Shown: positions 59,640 to 64,000 of the stretch, in pieces | How positions within the stretch are numbered: position 1 is the first letter of the stretch | Layout: each line of letters opens with the position of its first letter | Source of the DNA: Eledone cirrhosa | Taxonomy: Eukaryota | Assembly (NCBI GenBank): GCA_964016885.1 | Contig: OZ024740.1 | Span: 335,048,001 to 335,112,000 of the forward strand | DNA: 64,000 nt | Direction: 5' to 3' | Position numbers and translations under genes: made by a program | The notes under the pieces: generated by a model | Seen by the model: only the letters and a program-made list of their open reading frames with translations | Databases searched by the model: none | Told to the model about the DNA's origin: nothing

Positions 59640-60699
59640 TAGACCATTATGCATGATGGTTAAATTCATAATATTCAGCCTATAACATATAACTTATATG
59701 TGAGAAAATGTTGTTAAGCAACCATACACCAGGTAGTAATACGATGTTTGTGTTACATTCCATTAGAGAAGTGATTCTTTTACGGGTGTTGGGGATTATA
59801 TGTTACATTACGTCTATCCCATTACTTTAGAGAGATATTTTTTTATGAAGGGGAGGGGCCTTGCCTTTTTTTGAGAAGTGTGGGATTGACTGTGTGAGGA
59901 AATTCTGACGGTGTTTCAATTACATATTTTGATACAGTTACATAATCCTCATTGTAATTTGGGGTGCAAAATTAACACATCAGCCGTTTTACAATTTCTG
60001 AAAATGGTATATGGCACCCAATGTCATAATAAAAATACAAGGGAAAATACATCAGTCATTCAGCGATTAGAAAACAATTACACATGACAATTTGTTTTCT
60101 TGTGTATTGCTCTCGGATCTGGAAATGTTTTCTGCCCAATGAGGTTCCTTGTGATTGTACGGTTTCGATAAATGAATATATTCTATTAGAGATAATTACT
60201 AATCATATTGCTCCATTTGTATTTGTATGGTTTATTTAGTAATGTACTTCATGTTAGACATCACAACGAAGGTCATGCTAAATTGTCGTAATTAGTCCTG
60301 ATATATATATATATATTTTTTTAATGAGTATACATACTTTAGAGTTCAATGTGTTTTGCAGCAAATGTTAGATCTCTATATGGTTGATCAATGAATTACT
60401 CGGGATATGTGAGTTCCATTTACCAACGAAAAGTATTGCAATGATTTTAAGGTTTCGGTAAGTTATCAATAGTGTCTCCTCAGGATTCAACATCGACTTA
60501 AGTCTGTTAACTTACATTGAGTGCTCTTTCATTTGATGTGTGATATATCTTTCGACGAATTTTGGAAACACTACGTGAAGAAAATCAAAAGCGGGAAAAC
60601 CATGGAGAGTTTCATAAAATCTTATAGCCATTCACTAATTCCGACATCTACTTTTGCATATATATTTATATCTGACCCCAACTTCAGTTGATTTCCGAC

Positions 60700-61520
60700 A
60701 ATTCTCAGTCCCGGAAAAATGCTTCAGGTGTAAACCCCGATGAAATTTCTCTGCTGAGCCCCTAAACGGTGGGAACATCGACATGAATATCCTTCATACA
60801 GCCATGCTGATGCTAAATATAATGATCTGCTCCTTTTGGTATCAAATCAATTAGTTTGAGAAGAGATGGATTCTATATAGTGAGCACTGCAGTTGATCCA
60901 TTCAATTTGCCGTAACTTCAGCCCTGGAGATGTTTCTCCAGTGACTATCTTCTCCGCGTCAGAAGCAACACGAGAGGCAACAGTTATCAGTTATAGGTCC
61001 AGACCGGTTGCTCTATGTTCGATTGCTGTGGACTGTCTCTGACGGTCGGAGGAATCATCAGAGTCATACTGCTCAACTATTGCCCACCTGACACCAAACA
61101 CTAAGATGTTATCTCACCACAGTTTGCCTGTTTCACTGACTTCTTAAAGCCAAGGGAAATAAATAGACAAACAGCCTATAAATCTCCCACCAGGCAAAAC
61201 CGGAGTCAAAACAAATCTTTATTGCAACTAAAACCAAGAATGTCAGACCAATGAGTCCTGTTCAACGGTTCATTGATTCCAGAAAAACAGCCAATCGACA
61301 GCAAGAGACTAAACATCGATACTTGGCACTGTACAAGATGAGACCTCCTTCAAATGGTGGCTTCAGACAAAAGGACTGCACATTCTTTTGGCAAGGAAAT
61401 GAATCAGAAGAACAGTGACAGTACTGAGTGATTTTTGGATTCCTAAAATCTTTGATATCTGTCGTTGAACTAACTACCAGCCGTGATGCATATGCCCTCT
61501 CACTTTATCCCTCGATTCAC
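60700..61520 (+). mobile_element. RTE/BovB-like LINE 5' fragment (5'UTR and start of APE endonuclease), decayed
   Basis: across frameshifts: NVRPMSP...IDSRKTA.IDS.KRLNID...RPPSNGGFRQKDCTFFWQGNESEEQ*QY*V, matching the RTE endonuclease N-terminus. Confidence 0.7.
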
Positions 61521-62121
61521 ACACGATTTCTTCCAGAGTAGGAGACAGACGGCTAAAGAAGTTGTGAGAAAGAAGGAGTGTGCTGGACTGATACTTGTTA
61601 CGACCTCGAATGGATGAAAGGCAAAGCTCAATTGTGATACTCATTTCAGCTCTATACGCTCCGATTTAAATACCTCACTGTTGAGTTTTGTATTTCATCC
61701 GTTCGGGGTCCATATATATATATGATATATATGTATGTATATATTATATATAGATGCATATATATATATTTATATTCACCTGAGGAACCCAGACGAATGG
61801 CTAATAAGGGGCACACAACTAATTTACAATAATTCAATTCACCTTTTCTTGTCGTAATGAGAGGCCCTTTAAGTATCAGTTTTGTAAGGTTCAAACGCAA
61901 ATATTTACAGCAATTATAGTATATATATATATATGTGTGTGTTTGTGTGTCTGTGTGTGTGTGTGTGTGTGTGTGAACGACGCTTTTCCAACTATACCAA
62001 GCGTTAAACTAATATATTTATCCCTTGTACAGTGTTGTTTGATCTGTTGTATCTGTTTACCTCTTCAATACATATGTGGTATCTCTCTCTCTGTCTATGT
62101 CTCTCTCTCTCTGTATATATA

Positions 62122-62155
<34 letters not shown>

Positions 62156-62162
<7 letters not shown>

Positions 62163-62283
62163 AATATCAGTAGGCTGGACTGGTGTGATTCCTTAACATA
62201 CTGAACACGGTCATTGAAATGTTCATAGTATATATAAACCTTTAAGGAATTACACCAGTCCAGCCTCCTGTTATTTTATAATA
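62156..62283 (+). mobile_element. fold-back fragment of the 39446 hammerhead family (3' half of ribozyme only)
   Basis: CGGTCATT-GAAA-TGTTCA-TA-GTAT plus tail matching 39480-39548; 62156-62196 inverted at 62242-62283. Confidence 0.8.
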
Positions 62284-63424
62284 ATTAACTCCGTACTCGC
62301 ACCACCAACAACACAAACGAAGACGGGTGAGTTGCATTACGTCGAGTGCTCCCCCTAATATTACATCGAGGTTGACCATATGGAATGACGAGTTCTATCC
62401 AGTGGTGGAACCAACAAACCTAAATGTATATATATATATATAGTATATATTGTGTATGTTTATGTATGTGTATATATATATATACTAAGAGTGAGAAATG
62501 AAATTTCGTTTAATTTTTTCCATATATATATACATTTATGTTTAGTATATATATTTATATTATATATATATGTGGTGTGTGTGCGTGTGCGTGTGCGTGT
62601 GCGTGTGCGTGTGCGCGCGCGCGTGTGTGTGTGTGTGTGTGTCTATAAACTTGCGTGCTCATATGTTTGAGTTAGTAGATATTTTGCTTAGAGCATAAAT
62701 AATAACACATGCATCCTGTTTACTTGAGCAGAAGGCGCAACATCAAAGCTGTGCCTTCTTTGATGGGGATGATCAGATGTAGAGTAGCTCACCATATCTG
62801 CAATATCCCTAATTGAATTTTTCAAGTAGTCTAAACATACTACTGGTAATGATCGTGATGTTGATGTTGGAATTGTTGTTTAGGTGATGTTTGAAGTTGG
62901 TGTGGGCGTTGGTACTGGGAGTGGAGGGTGTAGCCTATTGATTATACTACATGTGGTGGACATCCTATTTGTTGTGTTAATAGTGTTAGTGTTGATAACA
63001 GTATGTAGTTGTCTGGATATATTTAACTCTATTATACGTATGTACATGTAATAAATATACATATACATAAATATATATATATACGTGTGTATATATGTGT
63101 GCGTATAAAAAAGTATTAATCAGTATTTGTATATTTCCATAGTAAATGTGTATATACGCTGGCGTCAGTATGTCGATCGTAATTGGGGTATATTTCTGTA
63201 TATGGTTAAAGTGTTCAATACAACTACAAATCATATACGTCTGATATTATTACTATGGAAATTAAAATCTTGTTTTGCTTATGTTGAATTAGATATTTGA
63301 ATTAATTTTAGGATAGAATAATTTATGACTTTGCCTGCACACATATATACATATATAAAAACAAACATCCATACATACATACATACTTACATACATACAT
63401 ATATACATACATACATACTTACAC

Positions 63425-64000
63425 ACATACATACATGCATACATGGTGGCTGCCAACTCGTTTTTCGAGTACGTACACTACGTTATATCCATGTAGGAGA
63501 ACCCCTACCGATGCGCTGAACGAGTGTGACTTTTCAGTCCAGCCAGCGACTTGAAAACTCTTGGTACAAACACTACACTTGTCGCAATTATTGACACAGT
63601 GCTGGGCCCATGGTAACATGGGGACGACAAGTGCAGAGAGATCTCCAGATATAAAGCAATGCCTGTGCCGTGAAGCTTTTATAGTGAGCAAAGGCACTGC
63701 ACAAAGCCAGTCCCACTCTCTTAACCAAGATGATATTTACCAAAAAGAAGAACAAGTCAACATCATTGGATACCATCAGGGTTGCAGGTGTTATATCAGA
63801 GTTTTCCTTCTCCTAGAATTCGGCCTTGACAAAGGCTAAGGGGTCATCTCTCCCGGTGATTTTGGATGGCCATTGACTCTTAAGAGCTCCTTTGCCCTTT
63901 GACAGGTTTTGTTTTTAGTCCTGCAGGATGTCCAAAGTCACCCTCCTCACCAAGAAACCTTGGTGGGGTTGCCAGTTTAGTCGCCAACGACCCGACCATG
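63425..64000 (-). mobile_element. non-autonomous RTE-related retroposon, runs off the window end
   Basis: head homologous to 11807-11946; 3' stem-loop CTCG-AAAAA-CGAG then (TATG)n tail. Confidence 0.7.

Noticed and set aside
59422-64000. Further upstream ATD exons
   Set aside because: None recognised; ATD sequence is divergent, so a short exon could have been missed.

Overview
AT-rich, microsatellite-laden animal genomic DNA; the repeat families suggest a coleoid cephalopod such as Octopus (inference). The only host gene seen is a minus-strand AMPA-type ionotropic glutamate receptor. Six coding exons with GT-AG boundaries splice in frame (59421-59314, 55637-55527, 29568-29356, 28191-28030, 26040-25847, 3213-3015), covering the end of the ATD, S1, M1, M2 with the Q/R site, M3 (SYTANLAAF) and the start of S2. 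The gene runs off both ends of the window. Its introns (up to about 26 kb) contain tRNA-derived SINEs, RTE, R4/Dong and Tc1/mariner remnants and three Penelope-like element (PLE) coding fragments. The main hidden signal is a dense set of short non-coding cassettes embedded in (TA)n tracts. They carry minimal type I hammerhead ribozyme motifs (stem I-CUGANGA-stem II-GAAA-short, usually palindromic stem III-NUH-stem I'). I read 13 full motifs from about 8 sequence families plus several half motifs. Many sit in fold-back palindromes with a ribozyme on each strand, or in 320-455 nt tandem monomers resembling retrozymes. Six lie on the receptor pre-mRNA strand. All structures were read by eye; no folding, alignment or database search was run.
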